Of a stretch of 64,000 nucleotides of DNA, positions 47,728 to 57,294 are shown piece by piece; the first letter of the stretch is position 1; each line of letters opens with the position of its first letter. The position numbers and the translations under genes are program-made. Origin of the DNA: a virus; IMG/VR virus record IMGVR_UViG_3300045988_184160, positions 32,001 through 96,000 of that record, one strand, 5' to 3'. The notes beneath the pieces are model-generated. The model was not told the origin of the DNA and did no database searches. It saw only the letters and a program-made list of their open reading frames with translations.

Positions 47728-47763
47728 ATGAAAAAACGAAAAAACAAAAATGGAAGGAGAAAA

Positions 47764-48294
47764 ATGAAACCCGAAACATGCAAAAAACTCTGGGAAACAC
47801 TAGGAAAAACAGACAAAGCACGACAAAACAAATACACGCCACTAACCCAAGAAGAAGCTGAACAATGGTCAAACTACCTACACAACATCCCAGACGACCC
47901 TAAAAATAACAACCACTACATCCAGCTCATAGTCAGCACGATTCTCAGCAAAGAACTCCTAGTCATACCAACACTGGGGCACCTCAAAACAGCTTGGGAA
48001 GAAATCTCTCAAAAAATCAACATAGCACTAGATCATATGGGCAAAATTGAAGAGAGGATTCAAAGGATACTCAACGACCAAGAGACTATGGAGAATGAGA
48101 TGCGTCAAGCACTTGTGAACTCGTATCTAGCTCATTATGAGTCTCTACCTGAGGAAGTGAAGAAGATGTACCCAAAGAGGGACTTTTCAGAATTTTTAGA
48201 AGGAGGAAAAACCCATGAAGTAGCTAGGAAACGGGGAGAAAGGGTAAATTCACCGCTTGGTGATTGGCGTAGTATGATGGTTATCCCTGAGTGA
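47764..48294 (+). CDS. hypothetical protein (176 aa)
   Basis: Start trimmed to the ATG at 47764, after a GGAAGGAG RBS. Confidence 0.5.
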   Translation: MKPETCKKLWETLGKTDKARQNKYTPLTQEEAEQWSNYLHNIPDDPKNNNHYIQLIVSTILSKELLVIPTLGHLKTAWEEISQKINIALDHMGKIEERIQRILNDQETMENEMRQALVNSYLAHYESLPEEVKKMYPKRDFSEFLEGGKTHEVARKRGERVNSPLGDWRSMMVIPE

Positions 48295-48310
48295 AAGGAA
48301 GATAGGAAGT

Positions 48311-48736
48311 ATGAAACTGAGAATTAAAGAGCTAAGCTCTGGATGCATCCCTCAGAGGGCACATGCTGAAGATGCTGGTGCTGACTTAGTATCGAAAGAA
48401 GACGTTGTTATCCCTGCTGGTGGTAGAACTTTAGTGGGAACTGGTATCGCTATTGAGACACCTGAGGGTATGGTTTCTCTCGTGTGTTCCCGCTCTGGGT
48501 TAGCTGCTAAACATGGTGTTCATGTGCTGAATGGGCCTGGAGTGGTTGACCCTGGGTACACTGGTGAAGTTTTTGTGAACCTCCACAATTCTGGGTGTGA
48601 AGATTTTCATATTCAGGCTGGTGATCGTGTCGCTCAGCTACTCTTAGTGCCCGTGGTCTATCCTGAGTTTAAGGTTTCTGATTCACTTGGTTCTAGCGAC
48701 CGTGGTGAATCAGGGCACGGTTCCACTGGATTATAA
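48311..48736 (+). CDS. dut: dUTP diphosphatase (trimeric dUTPase)
   Basis: 141 aa with all five ordered motifs: AGADL, SRSGLA, GVVDPGYTGEV, DRVAQLL, RGESGHGSTG. Confidence 0.93.
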   Translation: MKLRIKELSSGCIPQRAHAEDAGADLVSKEDVVIPAGGRTLVGTGIAIETPEGMVSLVCSRSGLAAKHGVHVLNGPGVVDPGYTGEVFVNLHNSGCEDFHIQAGDRVAQLLLVPVVYPEFKVSDSLGSSDRGESGHGSTGL

Positions 48737-48764
48737 TTTTTTGAGAAGAAAGGAAGAGAATAAT

Positions 48765-49451
48765 ATGAGCTTCGATATCGCGTCCGCTACCTTAGTGGGG
48801 AACGTTACTAAGGACCCTGAGGTTAGGTACACGCCTAACGGAAAGATGGTAGTTAATTTCACTGTTGCCATGACTCGGAAGAAAAAAGACGAGGCGGGGC
48901 AGTGGGTTGATAAGGGAAAACCGCTGTTTAAGGCTTGCACGGCTTGGGGAGTAGTTGCTGAGGCTGTGGTTAATAACATCAAAAAGGGCGACCCTGTTAT
49001 TGTGCTTGGGCACTATGAGGACAGCTCTTATGAGATTGAGGTTAAAGACTCTCAGGGTAACCCAGTGATTGATCTTGAGACTCGCACCCCTATTATGAAG
49101 CGGGTCTCTGCGGATCGAGTCATCGTTGATACCGTGGGTCATGATCTGCGTTGGGGTACTGCTAGGTTTGAACGTCGTTCTGCATCTCAGGGTTATGCTA
49201 GTGGTGCGGGTGCTCCCGCTTATCAGGGGCAGGGCCCGCAGGGTGGCTCACCTGCCGCTGGGTGGGGTGGGGGTAATTACCCTGCTGCGGGGGCTGCGCA
49301 GCCTCCTCAGGGCGCGTATGGGGGTGTGTCGGGTGGACATCACCCGAGTGAAGGTTTCCCTCCTAAGCCGAGCGCACAGGGCTTCTCGCAAGGGAACCTG
49401 CAGGGTGGTTACCCCGTGTCGGAGCCGCTTGAGGAAGAGCCTCCGTTCTAA
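48765..49451 (+). CDS. ssb: single-stranded DNA-binding protein
   Basis: Start trimmed to the ATG at 48765. OB-fold N-terminus ATLVGNVTKDPEVRYTPNGKMVVNFTVA. G/Q/P/A-rich linker. Acidic tip EPLEEEPPF*. Confidence 0.88.
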   Translation: MSFDIASATLVGNVTKDPEVRYTPNGKMVVNFTVAMTRKKKDEAGQWVDKGKPLFKACTAWGVVAEAVVNNIKKGDPVIVLGHYEDSSYEIEVKDSQGNPVIDLETRTPIMKRVSADRVIVDTVGHDLRWGTARFERRSASQGYASGAGAPAYQGQGPQGGSPAAGWGGGNYPAAGAAQPPQGAYGGVSGGHHPSEGFPPKPSAQGFSQGNLQGGYPVSEPLEEEPPF

Positions 49452-49497
49452 AAACAACCCTGAAAAACGTAGAAACCCAATAAACCGAAAGAACGAA

Positions 49498-49950
49498 ATG
49501 AACCACGTAAAAACCAGCTACGATGCTTTCAAATATCTAGTGGATTCCCGTAGCACCATCCTGAAAATCAGTACACCCAACTGTTTCCAATGCAAAATGG
49601 CTACCCGATGGGCTGAGGATCACGGGTTCCATGATGGTGTTGATTATGTTGAGGTGAACCTAGGTGACCTTGATAAGCCTGATGAAGCGCTCGCATACCT
49701 ACGTCAAGTAGTAAGTGACGCATTCGGTGTACCAGTAGATAAAATCCCAACTGCTGCACCTTGGTTTATTAACTTGAGGAATGTCCCCAAAACAGACATT
49801 AGCGAGGACAATGAAATGGTGAGTGAACCTCCCGTTATCGACTTCGACAGCCCCGCTTTGCAGCTGTTCGGGTACCAGCCCTCAAACCTTCCGACCCTGT
49901 TCAGTGGGACACTCCCCGCACGGGAGCAGGAGATGCGCCTCGTAGCATAG
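49498..49950 (+). CDS. NrdH/glutaredoxin-like thioredoxin-fold protein with a C-terminal extension
   Basis: Start trimmed to the ATG at 49498. ILKISTPNCFQCKMATRWAEDHGF has the CxxC context typical of NrdH-type redoxins. Confidence 0.55.
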   Translation: MNHVKTSYDAFKYLVDSRSTILKISTPNCFQCKMATRWAEDHGFHDGVDYVEVNLGDLDKPDEALAYLRQVVSDAFGVPVDKIPTAAPWFINLRNVPKTDISEDNEMVSEPPVIDFDSPALQLFGYQPSNLPTLFSGTLPAREQEMRLVA

Positions 49951-49978
49951 AAACCCCAATGCTGAAAAACAAAAATTG

Positions 49979-50012
49979 GTCTACCATAGTGGCGTGTGGT
50001 AGACTCTTTTTT
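49979..50012 (+). terminator. rho-independent terminator
   Basis: GTCTACCA (49979-49986) / TGGTAGAC (49997-50004), 10-nt loop, then TCTTTTTT. Confidence 0.7.
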
Positions 50013-50070
50013 GTTTACAAAACAAGGAAAAAACACGTAAACCGAACCACAGAAACAAGCAAAAGAAATC

Positions 50071-51000
50071 ATGGCAAAAACACTCAACCAATACCTGCGG
50101 CTCGACCCGCCCACGCAGACACAGAAAGCACTCATCGTCGGGCTGCAACCCACCCAAAAGAAAAACCGCAACGGGTGGGACATTATCTGCCTTATCACAG
50201 ACCCGGAAACCGGTCAGAAAAAGGTAGAGAAATTCCAGGCCCCAGACCACCAAAAAATTAATGGTCACACGATCCTCGCGAACCTCCTCCCCCAAGACGA
50301 CATCAACATCACCGCCAACGAACAAGGCATACACATCAGTGGTGGCGTGAAAACAACTGGTGTGGAAATCACGTACACAACCTACCGTGGGCGGAAAATC
50401 CTGTTCACCGCCGAGAAAACAGGTGAAGAGGAAACCCTGTACGGGGTGGACGCGGCGAAAGTTTTCCTTGAATCCTACGCATATTTCGGGTTTAACGGGT
50501 CATTGCCTTACATGGTTGGGGCGTATGCGATCTGCGGTAATAGTGCTGACCGGCTCGTTGAGATTATCCACAGCGTGGATATTATGCGTGACACGTACAG
50601 TCCTGAGTATTCGACGGGGTTCGGTTCCCTTGACGGCATTAACTATTATCCTGTGGATAGTGGCACCCTCAAGGTTGAGAGCCTACGAGCTGTTGCCAGT
50701 GGGGAGAAAAAAGAAGAAATTTTTACGGGGTTCAATATGTCCCCCACGTCCACCCCCGTACCTGCTATGGTGGTTCTAGAAGACAACAGCACATACCGCA
50801 CAGAGACCCCAGATTGGGGTGAAGAGCACGTCGTGTTCAATAGCGCTGGGGTTACCCACAGTGTTTTCACCACCCCAGAGGTGAGCGCACTCTACAAGGG
50901 TGTCCTTCCAGCGCTACCGATGCTCCGTAAAGACTGTGTGATTGTGACTGGTGAGCAGGATGGTGTGAAAACCCTGTTGAGGGTATTCACGCAGGACTAA
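50071..51000 (+). CDS. hypothetical protein (309 aa)
   Basis: Long ORF with ATG start. No family recognised. Confidence 0.55.
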   Translation: MAKTLNQYLRLDPPTQTQKALIVGLQPTQKKNRNGWDIICLITDPETGQKKVEKFQAPDHQKINGHTILANLLPQDDINITANEQGIHISGGVKTTGVEITYTTYRGRKILFTAEKTGEEETLYGVDAAKVFLESYAYFGFNGSLPYMVGAYAICGNSADRLVEIIHSVDIMRDTYSPEYSTGFGSLDGINYYPVDSGTLKVESLRAVASGEKKEEIFTGFNMSPTSTPVPAMVVLEDNSTYRTETPDWGEEHVVFNSAGVTHSVFTTPEVSALYKGVLPALPMLRKDCVIVTGEQDGVKTLLRVFTQD

Positions 51001-51026
51001 AAAGAAAATTTGTTAGGGGCATTTAA

Positions 51027-51215
51027 ATGGCTTTAGATCTTCTCTTCGCGAGCGCCGCAGGGTATTTCGGTTTCGTGATCATCCCACTGTTCGCTGGGGT
51101 GTTCCTCATGGGTGCCGCGTGTAGCGCCTACCTCGGGATTAAGATCATGCAGTTGTTCCGTTGGGCTTTCGGGTCCGGTGGAGGGTACGTGGAGGTTCCT
51201 CATGGTGGGCGCTAA
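51027..51215 (+). CDS. small membrane protein (62 aa)
   Basis: Hydrophobic core FASAAGYFGFVIIPLFAGVFLMGAACSAYLG. Overlaps the next start. Confidence 0.45.
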   Translation: MALDLLFASAAGYFGFVIIPLFAGVFLMGAACSAYLGIKIMQLFRWAFGSGGGYVEVPHGGR

Positions 51216-51579
51216 GAAAGTTTTCACGAATGAGGGACGCCATGCTAGGCCCGTGATATCGAGGTATGTGAAGGGGCTGAAATTCGATCCTGCCCGCCGC
51301 GATATTGATTATGTCGCTGGGTGGCTGGAATACGCCACAGCGCACGGGTACCCTCTTGAGGAGCGTGACCGAAAGAATAATTTCACTGCGCCTTACCTTG
51401 AGTACCTGCTCTCGATTGGTACTGTCCCCGACTACCATGTGAGGCGACGTATCAGACACGGTAGCCCTCTCACTGTGCCGACTCTACGGTACGCGGAACG
51501 GCTTGGGTACTGCCACCTGCGTGACCTACCAGGCGGTGCTGTCCTAGTGGTGGAGACAGGGAACGTTTACTGCCCGTGA
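51202..51579 (+). CDS. hypothetical protein (125 aa)
   Basis: Start trimmed to the ATG at 51202, with GGAGG 6 nt upstream. Confidence 0.5.
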   Translation: MVGAKKVFTNEGRHARPVISRYVKGLKFDPARRDIDYVAGWLEYATAHGYPLEERDRKNNFTAPYLEYLLSIGTVPDYHVRRRIRHGSPLTVPTLRYAERLGYCHLRDLPGGAVLVVETGNVYCP

Positions 51580-51648
51580 CGGGTGGTGTTACAACGTAAA
51601 ACGTGAAAGAACACCCCCTCCACCATACCCTGGATGTGATAAACAAAA

Positions 51649-52692
51649 ATGGCTACCGTGAAAACCGTAGAAGACCTAGTTCAAGCTGAAGGCGCGAAGC
51701 TTTTCAGGACCCTAGCAGAAACAAGTAACCCAGGTATTAGGGGGACTCTATGGTACTCGGTTTACGACATCGGTAACATCCCCGAGTGGGAGGATGCACT
51801 GGAATATGAGCTTGCCCAAGGGCTGGACAGGAAATATGCTGTTCACGGGGTGAGGAATGAGCGTTACGGTGTGCTGAACAGGGGCACGGTTTGGGGGGTG
51901 AACACCCGCGACGTTGACGTGAAACAGTTTGCCCTAGACAGCTTAGGTAAACCCATTTACAAGAAAAAAAGCACGAACGGCACTGTCGCGTCGAAGCTTA
52001 TAGTGGCGAACCAGAAGGTAAGCGTTGAAGATATTGAGCTTAAAGACGTGGAACTGCCGCAAGGTAGTGTGTGGGTTAGGGCAGAAAAAGTCCTTGACAT
52101 TAAGCTTGAGGATTTAGGGAGAGACCGGAAACAAGGGTTCGCCCCAGGAGTCGTTGAATACAACCGCAGAATATACAACGTCTACGCTATCCCGAAAGAC
52201 AACCTGCGACCAGTACCCCGCGCCGCGCTTGTCCTCAGTAAACGCAGAATGCAGAACTACGGGGGATGGAAAATAAATTCTTTCAGCATGGGTCCACTGT
52301 ATCTTCAGGTCATTAAATACAAGCCTGGGGCACGGTACGAATCGACAAACGTTCTGATGATCAAAGACACAACAGACTTCGATAAGGAAATGCGGGAGTA
52401 CATCGGGTTCCTTCACGAATCCCAGAACGTCATACCCGACGTTTTCAGTGAAGACTACATGGGGAGTGACGGTGTGCGGTTCTTCATTAAACATATGGAA
52501 CCAACCCTCACCATGTTAGACGACCCAGGTGCGGACGATAACATAGAGATAGACCATGTTGGGGGGCTGGAAGAAGGCAGTGCCGCAGCGGACATGCTCG
52601 CGTCGATACTCTCCAAACAGAAACAGCAGGAAACCCCGAAACTGCCACCAAGCCACGGTGAAGACGGTAGATTCGTGAGTAGGGGCAGGTAA
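51649..52692 (+). CDS. hypothetical protein (347 aa)
   Basis: Long ORF with ATG start. No family recognised. Confidence 0.55.
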   Translation: MATVKTVEDLVQAEGAKLFRTLAETSNPGIRGTLWYSVYDIGNIPEWEDALEYELAQGLDRKYAVHGVRNERYGVLNRGTVWGVNTRDVDVKQFALDSLGKPIYKKKSTNGTVASKLIVANQKVSVEDIELKDVELPQGSVWVRAEKVLDIKLEDLGRDRKQGFAPGVVEYNRRIYNVYAIPKDNLRPVPRAALVLSKRRMQNYGGWKINSFSMGPLYLQVIKYKPGARYESTNVLMIKDTTDFDKEMREYIGFLHESQNVIPDVFSEDYMGSDGVRFFIKHMEPTLTMLDDPGADDNIEIDHVGGLEEGSAAADMLASILSKQKQQETPKLPPSHGEDGRFVSRGR

Positions 52693-52715
52693 GGGATAAG
52701 AGTAGGAAAGGGCGG

Positions 52716-53138
52716 GTGAAACACCGCATGTCAGAGGTGTTCTGGGTAGAGCCACGCGAAGATGCTGGTGCCGCATCGTTATCCCCAGTGCGCGGGCTAT
52801 ACCAACCCAACCCGTACTTGGGGCTGAGAATCATGGTGCGCGGCAACACTCACCAAGTGGACAACAGGATAGCCTCAGAAGCGCTCTTCAACTCCCTGTT
52901 CTCCCACGGGTACGTGTACACGCCCGTGACTATCACCCACCTCAGAAGAATCCGCCCACTAGCTGGTGCCGAACGGTACAGCGTGTCCGACCAGCACGGT
53001 GTGAGAGAAATAAACGTTAGTGAATATAACACTATTCTCACCCAAGAAAAACAAGCCCTGAATAGTATCTGCATCCCAAACCATGAGCATATTAACGGGC
53101 ACCAGGTCATAAACCACATGTTTGTCCACAAAATATGA
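52716..53138 (+). CDS. hypothetical protein (140 aa)
   Basis: GTG start after AGGAAAGGG; an alternative start is the ATG at 52728. Confidence 0.4.
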   Translation: MKHRMSEVFWVEPREDAGAASLSPVRGLYQPNPYLGLRIMVRGNTHQVDNRIASEALFNSLFSHGYVYTPVTITHLRRIRPLAGAERYSVSDQHGVREINVSEYNTILTQEKQALNSICIPNHEHINGHQVINHMFVHKI

Positions 53139-53183
53139 CAAGCAAATGAAACAGCCCGCAGTGCATAGGCTATTATTGTATTT

Positions 53184-54482
53184 ATGCGAAATACACGATT
53201 CACCTACAACTGGCTAAGAGACTGCAAATGGTATTACCATTCGCTGAAAATAGCTTCACTGTACCGGATGGTGGATTTGGGGTACCTTCTGGACGCCCAT
53301 GTGTTCACGGTGGATTACAATGTTCGTCGTCTGCTTGTGGATAGTGGGTATGTTAGGGTCAGTGATGACGGCAGGTTTGAGGTGTCGGCTGGGCTGCTTT
53401 TTGAGCATATTGTGTCCTGCTCGTCGTTGAGTAGTGATTACCGTGAAATAGTTTCTGTCTATGAGGGTAAGGGTTTTGTTCCTGTTGAGTCTGAGGTGCT
53501 TTGGGGTTCTGATGATTTCATTGTCCTCCTGTACCTTCACCTGTCTCTGCAGGAATGCACTGAATCTCTCGACAGGTTGAGTGGGTTCTTCACTAAACGG
53601 ATCGGTGACGACAGTATCAACGAGTCCGGTAAGCTGGGTGCAAAATACAGGGACGGCATGAGCATGGTTGTGTTGCAGGAGGCGACCCAGGCGTCCGTGC
53701 AGGCTGTGACTGCGACACCACCGAAGTATATGACTGTGAGAACCGTTGAACGTGGGGCTGCCGCCCCTACTGCACCCGCTGGGTATGAGCTGCTGGGTGT
53801 CCATGACCTCCCCCATAGTGTGCAGTACTGGTACCATAATGCGCCTGACTCTACGGACACCACGTTCACCCACACCCCGCCCGTGCTTTGGGGTTCCACA
53901 GCGGAGGGGCAGCTGTCGATGTCCATGCTGTACAGTGGGTTGTGCGGGTACCTGCTCCCTGGGGGTGTGGTGCATAAGGTGCTGGATGATGAAGGGTATA
54001 CAGGTAACATTTCTGTTGTGCCTATCACGGGGTACCAGTCCACGAAAGGTAACCCAGTGGAGTTTTACCCTGTTGAAGACCTCACGCGGGAATACCCAGG
54101 AACTTTCCGCCAATATGAGAAGCATGACTGGTACGGTTCGCTGATGCGTCTAAAAGAGATCCAACCGGTTCCGGGGCATAAAATATCTGTTGACCTGTTC
54201 AGTTCCCTCATCACGGATTTCAGGTTATCCAGTAAGCCTTTCGAAACAGGGAGGCTACTCGATGGTGTTGTGACCCGAAGCAGATCGTTAGACTTCGCGC
54301 CGCACCCAGTGTCCACGAGGTACGATATGCGCACACTGGGAGACTCTTTCAACTACCTTTTCCCTAGTGTTATTGAGGGGCTACAGTCAGTAGCGGAACA
54401 AGTGGACCCTGCTAGTACCATCAACCACCAGAGCACTTTTCTAAGCAACCCGATAGGAGCACCAAAGAATGCCGCAGTATAG
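53184..54482 (+). CDS. hypothetical protein (432 aa)
   Basis: Long ORF. The 289-aa antisense ORF over it looks like a composition artefact. Confidence 0.55.
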   Translation: MRNTRFTYNWLRDCKWYYHSLKIASLYRMVDLGYLLDAHVFTVDYNVRRLLVDSGYVRVSDDGRFEVSAGLLFEHIVSCSSLSSDYREIVSVYEGKGFVPVESEVLWGSDDFIVLLYLHLSLQECTESLDRLSGFFTKRIGDDSINESGKLGAKYRDGMSMVVLQEATQASVQAVTATPPKYMTVRTVERGAAAPTAPAGYELLGVHDLPHSVQYWYHNAPDSTDTTFTHTPPVLWGSTAEGQLSMSMLYSGLCGYLLPGGVVHKVLDDEGYTGNISVVPITGYQSTKGNPVEFYPVEDLTREYPGTFRQYEKHDWYGSLMRLKEIQPVPGHKISVDLFSSLITDFRLSSKPFETGRLLDGVVTRSRSLDFAPHPVSTRYDMRTLGDSFNYLFPSVIEGLQSVAEQVDPASTINHQSTFLSNPIGAPKNAAV

Positions 54483-54924
54483 TGTAGAAGCTGAGACGCA
54501 GGAGGACGGGAGTATCCTCATCCCGTTCACTGTTGTGTCCGAAGACCCGCTAACCGTGGTGTTCCTATACCGGTCAAAAAACGGTGACGCAGACTGGGGG
54601 ATAAAACAGGTGTTCCCTAACGAAATCAGTGGCGCTGAATCCTACGATATTTTTGTGTGCACTATCCCTAACAGTCGATCCCAGACGGTGCTCCCGATCA
54701 GGCAGGAAATCCGTAAAACAACCCCGAAAGAGGGAAACAAAATCAAGCTCACCCTCGGGAACTCCATCTCACAACCCGACATTCCCACCGCAACCCAGAT
54801 CGTAGGACCAGCCGTCAAAGAAGCATTCTACGACGCTGAGGGGCTAGTGCAGACGAGCGGGTTCTCTCTATCGTCGAAGAGTACCGCAGCTAGGGTGGAG
54901 GAATATTTGAGGGAAAATCTCTAA
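54469..54924 (+). CDS. hypothetical protein (151 aa)
   Basis: AGGAG lies 9 nt upstream. Overlaps the upstream stop by 14 nt. Confidence 0.5.
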   Translation: MPQYSVEAETQEDGSILIPFTVVSEDPLTVVFLYRSKNGDADWGIKQVFPNEISGAESYDIFVCTIPNSRSQTVLPIRQEIRKTTPKEGNKIKLTLGNSISQPDIPTATQIVGPAVKEAFYDAEGLVQTSGFSLSSKSTAARVEEYLRENL

Positions 54925-54970
54925 CTAGTAGTAGTTGTTTTGTTGAGAGAAAAGGATTGGGGTTACCCGT

Positions 54971-57133
54971 ATGAGAAGCGAAACTGTTGTTTCACTGGGG
55001 CACAAGTTTACCGACAGGTACAAAAAATTCGTTGGTGAGCTCGTCAAAAAAGCTGTGCTAAACAAGACGGATATTAAGCTACCTACGATCTTCGACATTC
55101 TCACCCAGCCCGACGATTTCAATGTTGATGGGTTCACTAGCTACAGCATCTTCTGTGACCTCACCTACCGGTACATTTCCCTCATGTGGGGGATGGACAT
55201 ACCCAGGAACACGCTCATCAGCCGTGTCACAAAACATATCTACGAGAAAGAAAACAACGAATACCTCAACCACCTCTGCGACATCTACGGCAACCCCGAA
55301 AACCCAGAAGACGTAAAGATCATCCCCGACAGCAAAGAAAGCCCCGAACGGTTATTCACAGAAGCAGTGAACAACTGGGTCAAAGACCGTATACAAGCAG
55401 GAAACCTAGAAGACGCGCTCCCGTTCCTAGTCTTCGCCGAGCAATGCTGGATGTTCCACGGCGCGGGGTACTGGTACACCCCCAACAACAGGAAAAACGC
55501 CATATACCCCGGTAGGCACAAGCTGTACAAAACAGACCCGACCCGTATCATCGCACAGAACTTCTCAAAAACCAAAGCAGCGAAAGAACAAGCAGCCACA
55601 CCCACGAACGAGGAAGCCGTAAAACTTTTTCAGAAGATAATAACCGCGAACCTTAAAGACACCATCATCAAAACCAACAGGGTTAACGCAACCTACACCA
55701 TCACACCCAACGGGAAAGATGACAGGTACACGATAAAGTCCGCATCCTCAGACCTCAAAAAAAACAGTCTCGTGGAGCCGCCCGAGATCGTCCCGCACAT
55801 GGTGGTGCAGCAGCTCTTCAAACTATTGAAAGACACAGCAGAGAAAACACCTCTGCTCGTCACCCAAGACACACCCATGATGTCCACCCCGAAGCAGCGG
55901 GTACTATCATTCGACTACGCACTCCACGAAAGGTACCGGTCAGCAAGCCGGAAACCTATCGCACAAGCCCTGCAGGCTAGGGCGTACATGCCTGTGCTGG
56001 GTGCCCCACGGTACACGCTGGGTATGACGAGGGTGGATGCTTTCTCTATCACGGGGACACGTGTCCTCACGAGTGCTGAGCAGGAACACCCAGAAGAAGA
56101 TAATGTCGGGTACTGGGTTTCACCTGCGAGCGTTGATTTGAACGAGCTGGTGCTTGAGAGAATATCCGCTTGGGGTTTTGACCGCGCGAATAACCTGAGG
56201 CAACGGAACAAACCTGCCATGTGGCGTAGCTACCTTGATTTTTTCAGGAACGCCCACCACGAGAACTGCCGTGCAGTGGATGAAACGTACACGCCCGCGC
56301 AGCTACAGGGACTCATCAAATACCTATCTCGGGAAGAGAAAGTAGCTTTCCGATCCATGCTACCACCGGAAGCGATAGACTACGCCCGTGTACTAACCCA
56401 TGATATTTTCAATGTTTTTGAGAAGATCGAGATTCCTGAGGCTGAAACAGCGGTGGCTGCTCGAAAGAATTTCGCTACGATGCTCAGGGGCGGGATCTAT
56501 AAGGTCACTTTCTTGAACCAGAGCGATAAACTGAACTCCGTGTTCTGCACCTTGAACTGGAATATCCTGGATTTCCTGTGTGGTGGGCGCAGGATGTACC
56601 GTGAACCATCGTATTTCCGTGTGCTGGCGACTAAGATCCGGGATAACACGGACCAGTTCAGTAATGACAGCTGGTTCGTTTCTCAGGGTGGGGAGCTGAT
56701 GGGTAGCGGCGTGGTTCCTGATGGTAGGACTATTGAGTATTTAAAGGATTGCTACGATCTTCGGTTGTCTAGTCCGGAGTTGACGCTAGATAAGTTTTGG
56801 GCGCGGGTTAACAAGAACTCGGTGGTGTATGAGGTGTCTTTGAGGGTTTTCAAGGATTTACTTCGTGTCGCCGAGGTTGATGGGGAGCTGAACGGTCCAG
56901 CTGATTTACTGTATCTTGTATCTCAGGTTGAGCATTGTGGATTTACGTATTCTCATGGCGCGTCGTTGTATTCTGTGGAGGATCGGGAGAGGGAGCTTGT
57001 GGGTTCTGATGTGGTGACGGTTCGGAATGTTTTTGCGCCTCCTTTTTCTTCGAGGAATAATGCTTTTGTTCAGGTGAGTGCTCGTAAAGTGGTTGATGTT
57101 GTGAGGGTGGCTAAACCACCTAGCATTCCTTAA
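54971..57133 (+). CDS. hypothetical protein (720 aa)
   Basis: Long ORF. No NTPase, polymerase or nuclease motif recognised by eye. Confidence 0.55.
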   Translation: MRSETVVSLGHKFTDRYKKFVGELVKKAVLNKTDIKLPTIFDILTQPDDFNVDGFTSYSIFCDLTYRYISLMWGMDIPRNTLISRVTKHIYEKENNEYLNHLCDIYGNPENPEDVKIIPDSKESPERLFTEAVNNWVKDRIQAGNLEDALPFLVFAEQCWMFHGAGYWYTPNNRKNAIYPGRHKLYKTDPTRIIAQNFSKTKAAKEQAATPTNEEAVKLFQKIITANLKDTIIKTNRVNATYTITPNGKDDRYTIKSASSDLKKNSLVEPPEIVPHMVVQQLFKLLKDTAEKTPLLVTQDTPMMSTPKQRVLSFDYALHERYRSASRKPIAQALQARAYMPVLGAPRYTLGMTRVDAFSITGTRVLTSAEQEHPEEDNVGYWVSPASVDLNELVLERISAWGFDRANNLRQRNKPAMWRSYLDFFRNAHHENCRAVDETYTPAQLQGLIKYLSREEKVAFRSMLPPEAIDYARVLTHDIFNVFEKIEIPEAETAVAARKNFATMLRGGIYKVTFLNQSDKLNSVFCTLNWNILDFLCGGRRMYREPSYFRVLATKIRDNTDQFSNDSWFVSQGGELMGSGVVPDGRTIEYLKDCYDLRLSSPELTLDKFWARVNKNSVVYEVSLRVFKDLLRVAEVDGELNGPADLLYLVSQVEHCGFTYSHGASLYSVEDRERELVGSDVVTVRNVFAPPFSSRNNAFVQVSARKVVDVVRVAKPPSIP

Positions 57134-57151
57134 ATACTCTTATTTGTTCTT

Positions 57152-57187
57152 ATGTGGCGTATCTATTAAAAAATAGGTACGCCACAT
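57152..57187 (+). terminator. strong stem-loop (terminator candidate, weak T-tract)
   Basis: 16-nt arms ATGTGGCGTATCTATT (57152-57167) / AATAGGTACGCCACAT (57172-57187) with 1 mismatch, loop AAAA. Confidence 0.55.
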
Positions 57188-57294
57188 TTGTCATTTCAGG
57201 AACAAAAACACCGGTATTATTACTTTTAAAGTAAAAATACCCACATAAACAACCATAGGAAAACAAAAACACCCCAGGAGGTGAAGACAAAACA

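Noticed and set aside
53256-54125. 289-aa - strand ORF; similar long antisense ORFs at 7289-7969, 18979-19695, 12431-12853, 5228-5842 and 26535-26996
   Set aside because: All lie antisense to longer + strand ORFs within a uniformly + strand gene array. Their proteins are R/H/P/T-rich low complexity. G+T-rich or A+C-rich patches deplete stop codons in other frames.
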